A DNA stretch of 64,000 nucleotides from sequence record OZ470804.1; one strand, 5' to 3'. Below are positions 10,616-27,363 of the stretch, piece by piece (positions within the stretch are counted from its first letter, which is position 1; each line of letters begins with the position of its first letter). The notes under the pieces were generated by a model. The model searched no databases, was not told the origin of the DNA, and saw nothing but the letters and a program-made list of their open reading frames with translations. Position numbers and translations under genes: made by a program. The stretch is from a phage.

Positions 10616-11014
10616 ATGAAAACAGAATCTAGAGTAATTAATGGTAAGAAAGTAAATATCGTTCTGCTTGGGGCAAGAGATGGTATTAAGATGTCTATGA
10701 AGTTGGGTAAAATTGTTGTTCCAACTTTTGCACAGATGCTGTCAAGTCTGACTGACAAGGGTAAGAAAGAAGCTCCAATGGTTCCATTTAAAGAACTTGT
10801 TGAAGCTTGTTTTGACAGAATTGAAGAAATTAACCTTGAAGAAATGGCTACCCTGTTATTTCAAGGGGCAACTGTTGATGACTTCCCACTTAATATTGAT
10901 ACGTACTTCCAAGCAAACTACGGTGAGTTCATTGATTACTTAGCATTTGCGCTGGAGGCAAACTTCGGAAGTTTTTTCGAAGCAAGCATTTTCAAAAGCC
11001 TAACTTCTCAGTAA
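10616..11014 (+). CDS. tail assembly chaperone (G-like)
   Basis: 132-aa ORF directly upstream of tape measure gene; contains slippery heptamer near its 3' end. Confidence 0.5.
   Translation: MKTESRVINGKKVNIVLLGARDGIKMSMKLGKIVVPTFAQMLSSLTDKGKKEAPMVPFKELVEACFDRIEEINLEEMATLLFQGATVDDFPLNIDTYFQANYGEFIDYLAFALEANFGSFFEASIFKSLTSQ
10972..10978 (+). other. candidate -1 programmed ribosomal frameshift site (T TTT TTC)
   Basis: X XXY YYZ heptamer in zero frame of the chaperone ORF; the -1 frame is open from 10936 through 11256, so a slip would fuse the two ORFs. Confidence 0.55.
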
Positions 11015-11016
11015 AC

Positions 11017-11255
11017 ATGGGTAACACTCTACAGACACCACTAACTGATGCTGCTGTAGAGGCAACCTATGAAGAAGCAGACGAGATGAAATTTGTGCTT
11101 GCTATTTATGGTATGGAAGGGTGTAAAGAAACACTCGACCAACTCTTTGCTATGACATTCTCTGATTTATTATCATTGAGACAATTTCTTGAAATTCAGA
11201 GGTCGTATAAAGAGGAAATTGCTTACAACGAACTTAGAAGAGCAGGAAAAATGTA

Positions 11256-11256
<1 letters not shown>
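11017..11256 (+). CDS. tail assembly chaperone extension (GT-like, -1 frame)
   Basis: 79-aa ORF in -1 frame relative to upstream chaperone; its frame stays open upstream to 10936 across the slippery site. Confidence 0.5.
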
Positions 11257-19281
<8,025 letters not shown>

Positions 19282-19283
19282 TA

Positions 19284-20432
19284 ATGGCAGTAGGTGAAAT
19301 TCAAATTAGTGCCTTGCCTCAAGCAGCCTTACCGATTGACCTTAGTGATATCTTCCATCTTAAACAGGGTATCGAGGATAAGAGATGTACTCTTGAGCAA
19401 CTACTTGCTCCACACTCAAGCCTAAGAAATAACCCTCATGGTGTTACTAAGACACAAATTGGTCTAGATAATGTTATTAATGCTCTTCAGTTAGTTGCTG
19501 CAAATAACTTATCAGATATTGTTAATGTAGCTGAGGCAAGAGCAAATCTACAGATTATGTCTTCAGAAGAGGTTAATAGCCTTATTCAACAGCATATTAA
19601 TGACAAGAGCAACCCACACAATACAACTAAGGCGCAGGTTGGTTTAAGTAATGTCCAGAACTGGACAACATCTAACCTTTATAATGAAGATGCAGATAAG
19701 TATGCTACAGCAAGAGCAGTAAATAACTTGTACAAGGCTGTTCAGGCTTCTTATCCAGTAGGTACTATCCATCTCTCTATGAATCCTGCAAACCCTTCTA
19801 CATATTTAATTTGTGGAGGTACTTGGGAGTTAGTTTCAAAAGGGAGAGCACTTGTAGGTTATGATAGTGATTCTAGGCCAGTTGGTTCAACGTTTGGTTC
19901 ACAGACTACTGCACTGACGGTTAATAACATCCCTGCACATACCCACTCAGTGTATGTCACTGGTGGTGGTCACACTCATGGTGCAACGGCCTCTATCAGT
20001 GCTTTTGACTATGGTACTAAAGGGACTACAACGTTTGACTACGGAACCAAGACCGTATCTACTTACGACTATGGCAACAGAACAACAAGTGCTGCTGGCT
20101 TAACACAAACAACATTCATTAACCGTGGCTATGCTGATGGTGGTTGGAGAGGTTTATCGGTTGAGGGGGCAAGCTATGACCCAAGAGCTACGCTGACAAC
20201 AGCTAACAACCACACTCACTCTGTAGCAATTGGTGCGCATAATCATACGGTTGGTATTGGTGCTCACAGCCATACTGTTGCAATTGGTTCCCACAACCAC
20301 TCAGCAACAGTAACAGTAACCGGAGCAGGTGAGCATTCGCACTCTGGCACAACTGGTCCAACTGGTTCTGGTCAAGCATTTAGTGTTGAACAGCCATCCT
20401 TTGTATTGTATGTATGGCAGAGAACAGCTTAA
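19284..20432 (+). CDS. tail fibre protein with His-x-His repeat tip
   Basis: N-terminal repeats NPHGVTKTQIGLDNV / NPHNTTKAQVGLSNV; C-terminal HTHS, HNHT, HSHT, HNHS, HSHS repeats; C-terminus homologous to next gene. Confidence 0.85.
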   Translation: MAVGEIQISALPQAALPIDLSDIFHLKQGIEDKRCTLEQLLAPHSSLRNNPHGVTKTQIGLDNVINALQLVAANNLSDIVNVAEARANLQIMSSEEVNSLIQQHINDKSNPHNTTKAQVGLSNVQNWTTSNLYNEDADKYATARAVNNLYKAVQASYPVGTIHLSMNPANPSTYLICGGTWELVSKGRALVGYDSDSRPVGSTFGSQTTALTVNNIPAHTHSVYVTGGGHTHGATASISAFDYGTKGTTTFDYGTKTVSTYDYGNRTTSAAGLTQTTFINRGYADGGWRGLSVEGASYDPRATLTTANNHTHSVAIGAHNHTVGIGAHSHTVAIGSHNHSATVTVTGAGEHSHSGTTGPTGSGQAFSVEQPSFVLYVWQRTA

Positions 20433-20442
20433 TTTCTTTACA

Positions 20443-20462
20443 GGGGCTTTATAGCCCCTTTT
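20443..20462 (+). terminator. terminator-like hairpin between tail fibre genes
   Basis: GGGGCT / AGCCCC stem with TTAT loop followed by TTTT. Confidence 0.45.
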
Positions 20463-20478
20463 AAGAGGAAAATTTATA

Positions 20479-22833
20479 ATGGCAGATTACAAGTTGAGTG
20501 AATTAAACTCAATTGATACAATTCGTTCAGACGACCTTCTTCATGTCAGGGTTAAAAAGAGACCTGAAATGCTGGGTGATGAAGACCGTCGAATGACCTA
20601 TCAAGACTTCTTAGCATCTTTTAAACTAGAAAGGTTTGTTCAGATTGCTGGTAGCACTATGACGGGTGACTTAGGAATTGTCAAGTTACTTTATAGTGGT
20701 AAGGCAGTATTTGACCCTACAGGCTCTTCTGAGATTACTATGGGGGATGTTTTAAAGGCTTTTAAAATCAATGCAAACGGTCTTAAACTGACTATTGCAG
20801 ATGCTTCAAGGTCTGCAACTGTTTATCATACTCTGAATAAACCAAGTCCTAATGAACTTGGGATGAGAACTAATGAAGAGAATGATGCAAGATATGCAAG
20901 GCTTGCTGTAACAAACACATTTAGAGGTACTCAAGCTATTCTCTCTGACAATGAAGCCCTTATTGTTAAGAATATTACACAAGGAATGCCGCTGTATATT
21001 CGTGGTCAAGATGCAGATGGTACTAATAGGTGGTATCTAGGCAATGATAATAGGGGTACAGATAATCTGGTTATCAAAAATGTCAAATCCGGTGCGTATT
21101 TAGCTATTTTGGATAACCTAATCTCTGTGAACAAATCAATCCAAATTACTGGTCAAGTTCAGCCTTCTGACTTATCTAACTTAGATGCTAGATACTTTAC
21201 TCAGACAGCAGCTAATCAGAGATTTGCACAGTTAACTGCTAATAATACTTTTAGTGGTTTAAATACATTCAGCAACGCTGTTAACATTAGCTCTAATGCT
21301 GCTGCTATCATGCTGCAAAATAAATCTACAAATGAATCTTTATTCATCCTAGCAAAAGACAGTGAAAATAATAACTTGTGGTATATTGGGAAGGGTAGTG
21401 CAAACTCTAATATCACATTACACGATTACAAAGGTAACACCTCGATTGTCTTAGACTCGTCTGGTGCTACATTCAACAAGTCTGTAAAAATCACTGGTCA
21501 AGTTCAACCTTCTGATTGGACTAACATTGACTCTCGTTATGTTCTTGTTGGTACTTATACTAACCTTGCTAAGAAGAACGAAGCAAACTACTTCACACTA
21601 CAACAGAATATTCAGTCCGATGGTGAAGCATTAAGAATTTACAGCAAAGTCCAGAACAATGCTTCTTACATTGTTGGTAAGAATACTGATAACACTAATA
21701 AGTGGTACATTGGTTGTGGGACAAATGGTTCTGGTATTGCATCTTTCCATAACTACTTGACTGGTGCAAGGATTGATTTGTCTGATGAAGTCCTTCTGTC
21801 TAAATCTTTACAGATTAATGGACAGGTAAAACCTTCTGATTGGTCTAACTTAGATGCTAGATACTTCACTCAGTCAGCAGCTAATCAGAGATTCATGCTT
21901 GCAGGTTCTACAGGGAATGGCACAGAGCAGAATGCAGATGGTGTGGCATGGAACGCTAAAACAGGCTTATATAATGTAACATCACCAAATGGTGATTACA
22001 CATCACTTGTATTTCAAATGTATCAGGCGGTGCCATCTTCTACTGCCTGTGCGCAACTAAAGTTCCAGTATAAAAACGGTGGAATGTGGTACAGAACATC
22101 TGTAGATAGTAAAGGCTTTGAAGCTAAGTGGTCTAAGATTTACACAGAGGCTCAGAAACCAACCCCTTCAGATATTGGTGCATATACTAAAACTGAGACT
22201 GACCAGAAGATTGCGCAGGCGGTAAGTGACTCTACAGACCTTAACAAAATCTATCCAGTAGGTATTGTGACATGGTTTAACAGCAATGTTAACCCTAACA
22301 CAGCACTGCCTGGTCTAACTTGGACGTATCTGAATAATGGTGTTGGTAGAACTATCAGAATTGCAGCAGCAAATGGTTCAGATGTTGCTACAACTGGTGG
22401 TTCAGACTCTGTGACGTTAGCTGTTGGTAACTTACCTTCGCACACGCACAGTTTTTCTGCGACTACCTCATCGTTTGACTACGGAACAAAAAACACTAAC
22501 ACAACTGGTGCTCACACACACTCTGTAAGTGGCTCTACTTCATCTGCTGGTCACCACAACCACGCTATCTCGTGGATTGGTCAGAACTCTACACACTATT
22601 CTGGTGGTGGTGGTGGTAGAATCGGTACAGGTCCGGGTTACACTGATGGTGGTGGTGACCACACCCACTCTGTAAGTGGTACTGCTGGTTCTGCTGGTAA
22701 CCATGCTCACAGTGTTGGTATTGGCGCTCACAGCCATACAGTTAGCGGTAACACTGGTGGTACAGGTTCTGGTTCAGCATTTAGTGTTACTAACCAATTC
22801 TACAAGCTAATGGCTTGGGTGAGAACTGCTTAA
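20479..22833 (+). CDS. long tail fibre protein with internal repeats and His-x-His tip
   Basis: 784 aa; three ~110-aa internal repeats each containing ITGQVQPSD(W/L)(S/T)N(L/I)D; C-terminal HTHS/HHNH/HAHS/HSHT cluster; last ~25 aa match upstream fibre. Confidence 0.85.
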   Translation: MADYKLSELNSIDTIRSDDLLHVRVKKRPEMLGDEDRRMTYQDFLASFKLERFVQIAGSTMTGDLGIVKLLYSGKAVFDPTGSSEITMGDVLKAFKINANGLKLTIADASRSATVYHTLNKPSPNELGMRTNEENDARYARLAVTNTFRGTQAILSDNEALIVKNITQGMPLYIRGQDADGTNRWYLGNDNRGTDNLVIKNVKSGAYLAILDNLISVNKSIQITGQVQPSDLSNLDARYFTQTAANQRFAQLTANNTFSGLNTFSNAVNISSNAAAIMLQNKSTNESLFILAKDSENNNLWYIGKGSANSNITLHDYKGNTSIVLDSSGATFNKSVKITGQVQPSDWTNIDSRYVLVGTYTNLAKKNEANYFTLQQNIQSDGEALRIYSKVQNNASYIVGKNTDNTNKWYIGCGTNGSGIASFHNYLTGARIDLSDEVLLSKSLQINGQVKPSDWSNLDARYFTQSAANQRFMLAGSTGNGTEQNADGVAWNAKTGLYNVTSPNGDYTSLVFQMYQAVPSSTACAQLKFQYKNGGMWYRTSVDSKGFEAKWSKIYTEAQKPTPSDIGAYTKTETDQKIAQAVSDSTDLNKIYPVGIVTWFNSNVNPNTALPGLTWTYLNNGVGRTIRIAAANGSDVATTGGSDSVTLAVGNLPSHTHSFSATTSSFDYGTKNTNTTGAHTHSVSGSTSSAGHHNHAISWIGQNSTHYSGGGGGRIGTGPGYTDGGGDHTHSVSGTAGSAGNHAHSVGIGAHSHTVSGNTGGTGSGSAFSVTNQFYKLMAWVRTA

Positions 22834-22840
22834 TCCCTTG

Positions 22841-22869
22841 TTGACTGATTGTTAAGATGGTGTTAATAT
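22841..22869 (+). promoter_or_regulatory. sigma70-like promoter (TTGACT-N17-TAATAT, TGn extended -10)
   Basis: -35 TTGACT at 22841-22846, 17-nt spacer, -10 TAATAT at 22864-22869 preceded by TGT; embedded in 9-bp inverted repeat AAGATGGTG / CACCATCTT. Confidence 0.5.
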
Positions 22870-22912
22870 TCTTTATGGGTATTCTCACCATCTTGGCTGA
22901 TGAGGTGATTAA

Positions 22913-23107
22913 ATGCCTACAATCCTAGCAATTCTTCTAAAAAATCTAGGTAGCTTCTTCTGGAAACTCATTTTATCCCTTCTAAGTGAATACATGATTG
23001 AGAAAGTGTTCTTTAAGCTTGCAAGATACCTTGCGAGTAAAACAGACACACCTATTGATGATGAGTTCGTAGATAACTTAGAAAAAGCTTTTAAGGGGGA
23101 GAAATAA
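22913..23107 (+). CDS. small membrane protein
   Basis: 64-aa ORF with one hydrophobic helix ILAILLKNLGSFFWKLILSLL. Confidence 0.4.
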   Translation: MPTILAILLKNLGSFFWKLILSLLSEYMIEKVFFKLARYLASKTDTPIDDEFVDNLEKAFKGEK

Positions 23108-23473
23108 ATGAAGTGGCTAGAGGAAGCTTTTAAAAATAATATTGGTGCAATTGTAGTTGGTATTTTTAGTGTTATTGGGATGTATACCACGATGCAAGTC
23201 TCAAGTGGTAAGCAAGAAGTATCTGTCACAACAAAGTTACAGCAGCTAGATAATTATTCCAAAAGTAACTATTCAGCTATTCGTGATTTACAGTCTGACA
23301 TGAGACTGATTCAGCTAGGGATGGAGAACCAGAAAGTTCAGTTAGAGAATGTTAAGGGTGAAAACGCAAAACTTACTAAAACCCTTGATAAATTCTCTGA
23401 CAGTGTGAATAATCTGGCTCAATCGGTATCAGCCCTCCAAGCTATTACTGAGAAGAATACAAAAGAACACTGA
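23108..23473 (+). CDS. membrane-anchored coiled-coil protein
   Basis: 121 aa; N-terminal TM helix IGAIVVGIFSVIGMY then helical heptad-like region. Confidence 0.4.
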   Translation: MKWLEEAFKNNIGAIVVGIFSVIGMYTTMQVSSGKQEVSVTTKLQQLDNYSKSNYSAIRDLQSDMRLIQLGMENQKVQLENVKGENAKLTKTLDKFSDSVNNLAQSVSALQAITEKNTKEH

Positions 23474-23487
23474 AAATAAAATTTTAA

Positions 23488-23514
23488 GGCTCCTTTTTAC
23501 GGGAGCCTTTTTTG
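23488..23514. terminator. bidirectional rho-independent terminator between convergent operons
   Basis: GGCTCC / GGAGCC stem flanked by A/T runs on both sides; lies between + strand gene ending 23473 and - strand thyA ending 23518. Confidence 0.7.
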
Positions 23515-23517
23515 TTT

Positions 23518-24417
23518 CTACTTACCTACTGACAAAGGTGCTTCAATCTTTCCTGCATGTTGGTAGTTACTAATTCCACCGATAAAGTCACTTGCAGTAA
23601 GATGTTTCAGGTCACTTAAAGTATTAAGTTGTAGACCAATCTCAAAAGTTGGTGCATGGAACTCTTCATTGTTCATCAGTTCATAAACCTGCTTCATATG
23701 ATTCTGATAAATCTGAGTATCTCCAAAGACACCTATCAAGTATCGTGGAGTATACCCAGTCATCTTGCAAAGAACTTCCAGAATAAAACCATAAGATGCA
23801 ATGTTAAACGGAAGTCCTAAAAAGGTGTCTACAGAACGTTGATACCATTGTAAGTCAACTTCACCTTCGTTAGTGATATAAATCTGAAACAGTACATGGC
23901 AAGGTGCTAAAGCCATAGAGTTAGCTGCAATATCTGCTGCATTCCAAGCATTAACAAGCATGTAGCGGTCTGTGATATCACCCTTCATCTTCGTTACTAA
24001 GGTCTCTAACTGGTCTACAACACAACCATTATGACCTTCAAAGTTTCTCCACTGAACTCCATAGATTCTCCCACCTGCATCCTCTAACCAATCTTGTTCA
24101 GAAGAATAATTAGAGCTTAACCAACGTTTAAAATCATCTGACCAGATAGTCCAGCGTTCTCCGTCATTTTCACCCCAAGTACGGTAACGAAGTTCACCCA
24201 GCTTATTCTCACCATTCAGGAACCATAAAGCTTCCCCAATAACTTGCCGTGTAAACACCTGTTTAGATGTTAAGAGTGGGAAACCAGTTCTCATATCAAA
24301 ACGAAATTGTGGTGGAGCAAATGCAGAGATAACGTCTCCAGTTCGTGTAGTACGCAGTTCACCAACGGATAGAACATGGTTCAGAATATTTTTGTAACTT
24401 GAATCTGCTTGTGACAT
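23518..24417 (-). CDS. thyA: thymidylate synthase
   Basis: Translation contains MALAPCH (catalytic Cys), LQWYQRSVDTFLGLPFNIASY and GDTQIYQNH, matching ThyA. Confidence 0.95.
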   Translation of the reverse strand: MSQADSSYKNILNHVLSVGELRTTRTGDVISAFAPPQFRFDMRTGFPLLTSKQVFTRQVIGEALWFLNGENKLGELRYRTWGENDGERWTIWSDDFKRWLSSNYSSEQDWLEDAGGRIYGVQWRNFEGHNGCVVDQLETLVTKMKGDITDRYMLVNAWNAADIAANSMALAPCHVLFQIYITNEGEVDLQWYQRSVDTFLGLPFNIASYGFILEVLCKMTGYTPRYLIGVFGDTQIYQNHMKQVYELMNNEEFHAPTFEIGLQLNTLSDLKHLTASDFIGGISNYQHAGKIEAPLSVGK

Positions 24418-24418
24418 A

Positions 24419-24964
24419 TCAAAAGTGTCCTTTTACTTGTGGAACATAAATTTCAAAGGTTGCTTTACCATCATCTGAGGGTCTTGACTGCACCTTTGCA
24501 AATACACGGCTATCATACAATTTATCGAAGAAGTTTTCAAAAGGTAAATACACAGTGGCCTCTTCAGTGACTTTATGGAAAACTGTATGGAAAACTACAC
24601 CAGCATACGGCAAAGCATCGACAAGAACACCTGCACCACCAATTACAAAGACATCTTCATCAATAGAGCTGTCAAGATACTTCAAAAATGCTCCAAAGGA
24701 TTCTTTACTAGCCTTAGCATACATTACATCGTCTTTGTCAAAGTCTATACCCAAATATGGAACAGAGTTCGTTAAGACGAGGTTTGTACGTTCTGGTAAT
24801 GGTTTACTACCCAGAGTCTTAAAAGTTTCATTACCCATTACTACTAAGTTATCTTTAGTGAGTCTCTTAAACTCTTGCATATCTTGCTTATGTCGAGGCC
24901 ACGGCATACCAGTTGGAGTACCAAACTCCCCATTTTCACCACTTGCAAAGATTAATTTAATCAT
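24419..24964 (-). CDS. frd: dihydrofolate reductase
   Basis: GTPTGMPWP, VVMGNETFKTLG, PLPERTNLVLT and VIGGAGVL motifs; adjacent to thyA. Confidence 0.9.
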   Translation of the reverse strand: MIKLIFASGENGEFGTPTGMPWPRHKQDMQEFKRLTKDNLVVMGNETFKTLGSKPLPERTNLVLTNSVPYLGIDFDKDDVMYAKASKESFGAFLKYLDSSIDEDVFVIGGAGVLVDALPYAGVVFHTVFHKVTEEATVYLPFENFFDKLYDSRVFAKVQSRPSDDGKATFEIYVPQVKGHF

Positions 24965-25221
24965 TTTGTAAACCCTTTCTTAATAAACCAGTTGATAACA
25001 TTCTTCACAGCTTTATTGCTATGGTAGATTAGGTGTGGTGTAGGTTGGTATGAACCATAAGCCCAGAATGATAGCTGCTCACCACAATCAACACATGTCG
25101 TACTCTCTTCAGCTATATGACCATTAACAATCACATGAACTTCACCTTGTAAATCTGTACACCCACAATGTGGACATCGGATAGGCGTCCCATCAGACTC
25201 ATAGCAGTGTTCGATTTCCAT
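24961..25221 (-). CDS. zinc-ribbon protein
   Basis: 86 aa with CPHCGC ... CVDCG cysteine pairs. Confidence 0.4.
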   Translation of the reverse strand: MEIEHCYESDGTPIRCPHCGCTDLQGEVHVIVNGHIAEESTTCVDCGEQLSFWAYGSYQPTPHLIYHSNKAVKNVINWFIKKGFTK

Positions 25222-25737
25222 TTACTTAACCTCAAAAACTGGCTCAAGAACCAATATAAAGTCTACACAGTCATCTTCTTCATCCAGAATACCATCAAAG
25301 TTCTTAGGAATGAAGTCAAAGAGGCTCATAACAAAACAGTCAGAAGTAACCCTTATAGTTCCTCCCATGTTCTCTACAGTTAACACTGTACGACTTTCTT
25401 TTACCTCCCTCAGAAGATTACCCACAAAGTCATCTAAGAAGTACTTCATCAATGACTTAAAACCTTTAGGGTAATCTGTACCAGAGTATGTTTCAATCTG
25501 AGGCACAAGCTTAGCATTTATACTAGTCTTTGTTAAGAACGTTTTAGAGAACATACTATCAGGTAACTTACAAACAGTCTTTCCAGTACCTTCATGTTCA
25601 ATCTCAACAAAACCAGCTTCATCGCCACATGTAACTATTTTAAAAGATGCTTCATTCTCATACTGTGAAGTCATAAACTTTTTAAGCATCTCTTTAAGGA
25701 AATCTGCATGAGCATCTTGTAAGTAGATATCAATCAT
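25222..25737 (-). CDS. hypothetical protein
   Basis: 171-aa ORF, tightly packed in - strand operon. Confidence 0.4.
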   Translation of the reverse strand: MIDIYLQDAHADFLKEMLKKFMTSQYENEASFKIVTCGDEAGFVEIEHEGTGKTVCKLPDSMFSKTFLTKTSINAKLVPQIETYSGTDYPKGFKSLMKYFLDDFVGNLLREVKESRTVLTVENMGGTIRVTSDCFVMSLFDFIPKNFDGILDEEDDCVDFILVLEPVFEVK

Positions 25738-25750
25738 AGTTAATCACCTA

Positions 25751-26110
25751 TTATGGGAACAAACACTTAATGTCATCGTTTTTGAAAACGAAACTTGTGT
25801 AGTTGTGACCATCAACATCTAGCCAAACAGCCTGAACATCTACACCATCAAGATTCTGGTAAAGCTCTTTGATGAAGTGGTCTTTCACAATCTGGCTACT
25901 AGTTGTTTCCAGCTTAATGTTGGAGATTGCTGAACCTACAGCCATATATCCCATGACACGTTTCTTCTCAGTATGTTTAATCTTACCATCTTTGTAAGCC
26001 ATAATGAGATTGGAGAGAATCTTCACACCATAATACTTTTCAAGGTGAGTAGGTACACCATAAAAGCCTAATGCAAAGTTTTCAGAGTGGATAATGTTTT
26101 CACGTTTCAT
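25751..26110 (-). CDS. hypothetical protein
   Basis: 119-aa ORF. Confidence 0.4.
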   Translation of the reverse strand: MKRENIIHSENFALGFYGVPTHLEKYYGVKILSNLIMAYKDGKIKHTEKKRVMGYMAVGSAISNIKLETTSSQIVKDHFIKELYQNLDGVDVQAVWLDVDGHNYTSFVFKNDDIKCLFP

Positions 26111-26111
26111 A

Positions 26112-26441
26112 TTAGTCTGCCAACCTTAAATTGAAATTAACACCAAATTTTTCACACACTTCCAACATATACTCAAGGGAAACATTCCCAGTGAGGTGGA
26201 TTATGTTGGATACACGAGCCTGAGAGATACCACAAATTTTAGCAACTTGCTCTTGAGAAAGACCTCTGGATTTAATCTCTCTCTTAAAACGATGTGCAAC
26301 GAAGTCTCTCATTTCGTCTACATCCATTGGACAAATATAACTCTCCATTTCAGCCTCTCTATCAGCCTCCCAATCATCTTGTGGGGCATAAGGGTCAAAA
26401 ACCTCATTCATCTTTCTTCTTCCGTTTGCGTGAAGTGTCAA
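26112..26441 (-). CDS. helix-turn-helix (XRE-like) DNA-binding protein
   Basis: SQEQVAKICGISQARVSNI resembles XRE-family HTH. Confidence 0.55.
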   Translation of the reverse strand: MTLHANGRRKMNEVFDPYAPQDDWEADREAEMESYICPMDVDEMRDFVAHRFKREIKSRGLSQEQVAKICGISQARVSNIIHLTGNVSLEYMLEVCEKFGVNFNLRLAD

Positions 26442-26616
26442 TCAATGAATCTATGTTTGTAGCCCTAACCTTTTCACGTTCATCGTTAAGATAATCGTCA
26501 AGAGCCTTTTCAATCTGTGAATCATCTTGACAGATAACTGTAAAGACTGTAAAGCCGTCTGTATCGTCAATTATCTTACCATAACCGCTTCTGGGATGTA
26601 ACTTTTTAAGAGCCAT
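26404..26616 (-). CDS. hypothetical protein
   Basis: 70-aa ORF with basic C-terminus. Confidence 0.3.
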   Translation of the reverse strand: MALKKLHPRSGYGKIIDDTDGFTVFTVICQDDSQIEKALDDYLNDEREKVRATNIDSLIDTSRKRKKKDE

Positions 26617-26617
26617 A

Positions 26618-27001
26618 TCAAATACCTGTGCAGCTTCTGTTTTCTAAGAAATATTCAACACCATACATAGCTTTTTGCATCAAATCTTCTTTAAACTGGA
26701 TACGATGATTGAGCATAACCTGTACATCAATATCATCATGGTGTTTCTCTTTAATATTTGCAGATTGCAGGAAATACTCTGCAAGAACGCGATACTGGTA
26801 GTCAGTCACCTTATCAGTCATCTCTGTCAAAGACTCTTCAGAGATTGGTTTAAGTAACTCGCCTTTAGATAGCGCAACACCTTTTACAATCTGGCAAGTG
26901 TCTTCTGAAACACCTGATAAGTCCACATTGGGAAGTTCTGTTGCACTAACTGGTAAACTCATTGCCATAACCGTTGCAGCAGCTAATAAAATCTTTTTCA
27001 T
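26618..27001 (-). CDS. secreted/periplasmic protein
   Basis: N-terminal signal peptide MKKILLAAATVMAMSLPVSA; first gene after candidate promoter. Confidence 0.5.
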   Translation of the reverse strand: MKKILLAAATVMAMSLPVSATELPNVDLSGVSEDTCQIVKGVALSKGELLKPISEESLTEMTDKVTDYQYRVLAEYFLQSANIKEKHHDDIDVQVMLNHRIQFKEDLMQKAMYGVEYFLENRSCTGI

Positions 27002-27045
27002 AATGACCTCAAAGTTATATTAAATTTTGTATTACATTGAGTATA

Positions 27046-27074
27046 AAAATAAGCTATAACACCTGACTTGTCAA
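27046..27074 (-). promoter_or_regulatory. sigma70-like promoter (TTGACA-N17-TATTTT) flanked by 9-bp inverted repeat
   Basis: On - strand TTGACA (27074-27069), 17-nt spacer, TATTTT (27051-27046); AAGCTATAA / TTATAGCTT inverted repeat at 27051-27059 and 27081-27089. Confidence 0.4.
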
Positions 27075-27091
27075 CAGATTTTATAGCTTAT

Positions 27092-27131
27092 TTGGCAGAT
27101 TTTTTATAAGGCTACTGCCATCCTTCCATAC
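27092..27131. repeat. 40-bp exact direct repeat, copy 1
   Basis: Identical to 28469-28508; contains TGGCAG-N16-CTGCCA inverted repeat. Confidence 0.9.
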
Positions 27132-27326
27132 CGAACCGTGCCTAACCTGACCATGCCACACCTTACAATACCAAACATTACTTAAAAACCCTCTTAGAAG
27201 ACTCTTAAGTGATGTAATCGAATTTTAATGTAGCTCCGATTAACTACCCATACCTGACCAGACCTTGCCAAACCTTACCTCACCCAACTACACCGAACCT
27301 CATTAAAAGACCCTCTTAAAAGACCT

Positions 27327-27352
27327 TTTAAAAAGGAGCCTCCGAAGAGGCT
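27327..27352 (-). terminator. rho-independent terminator (- strand)
   Basis: AGCCTC / GAGGCT stem with 4-nt loop; on - strand followed by CCTTTTT; immediately downstream of gene ending at 27364. Confidence 0.6.
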
Positions 27353-27363
27353 ACCTAGTCAAC

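Noticed and set aside
22909-23229. 106-aa - strand ORF overlapping the two small + strand membrane-protein genes
   Set aside because: Opposite to the direction of the surrounding operon and upstream of the bidirectional terminator; the + strand genes have the promoter and coherent TM helices
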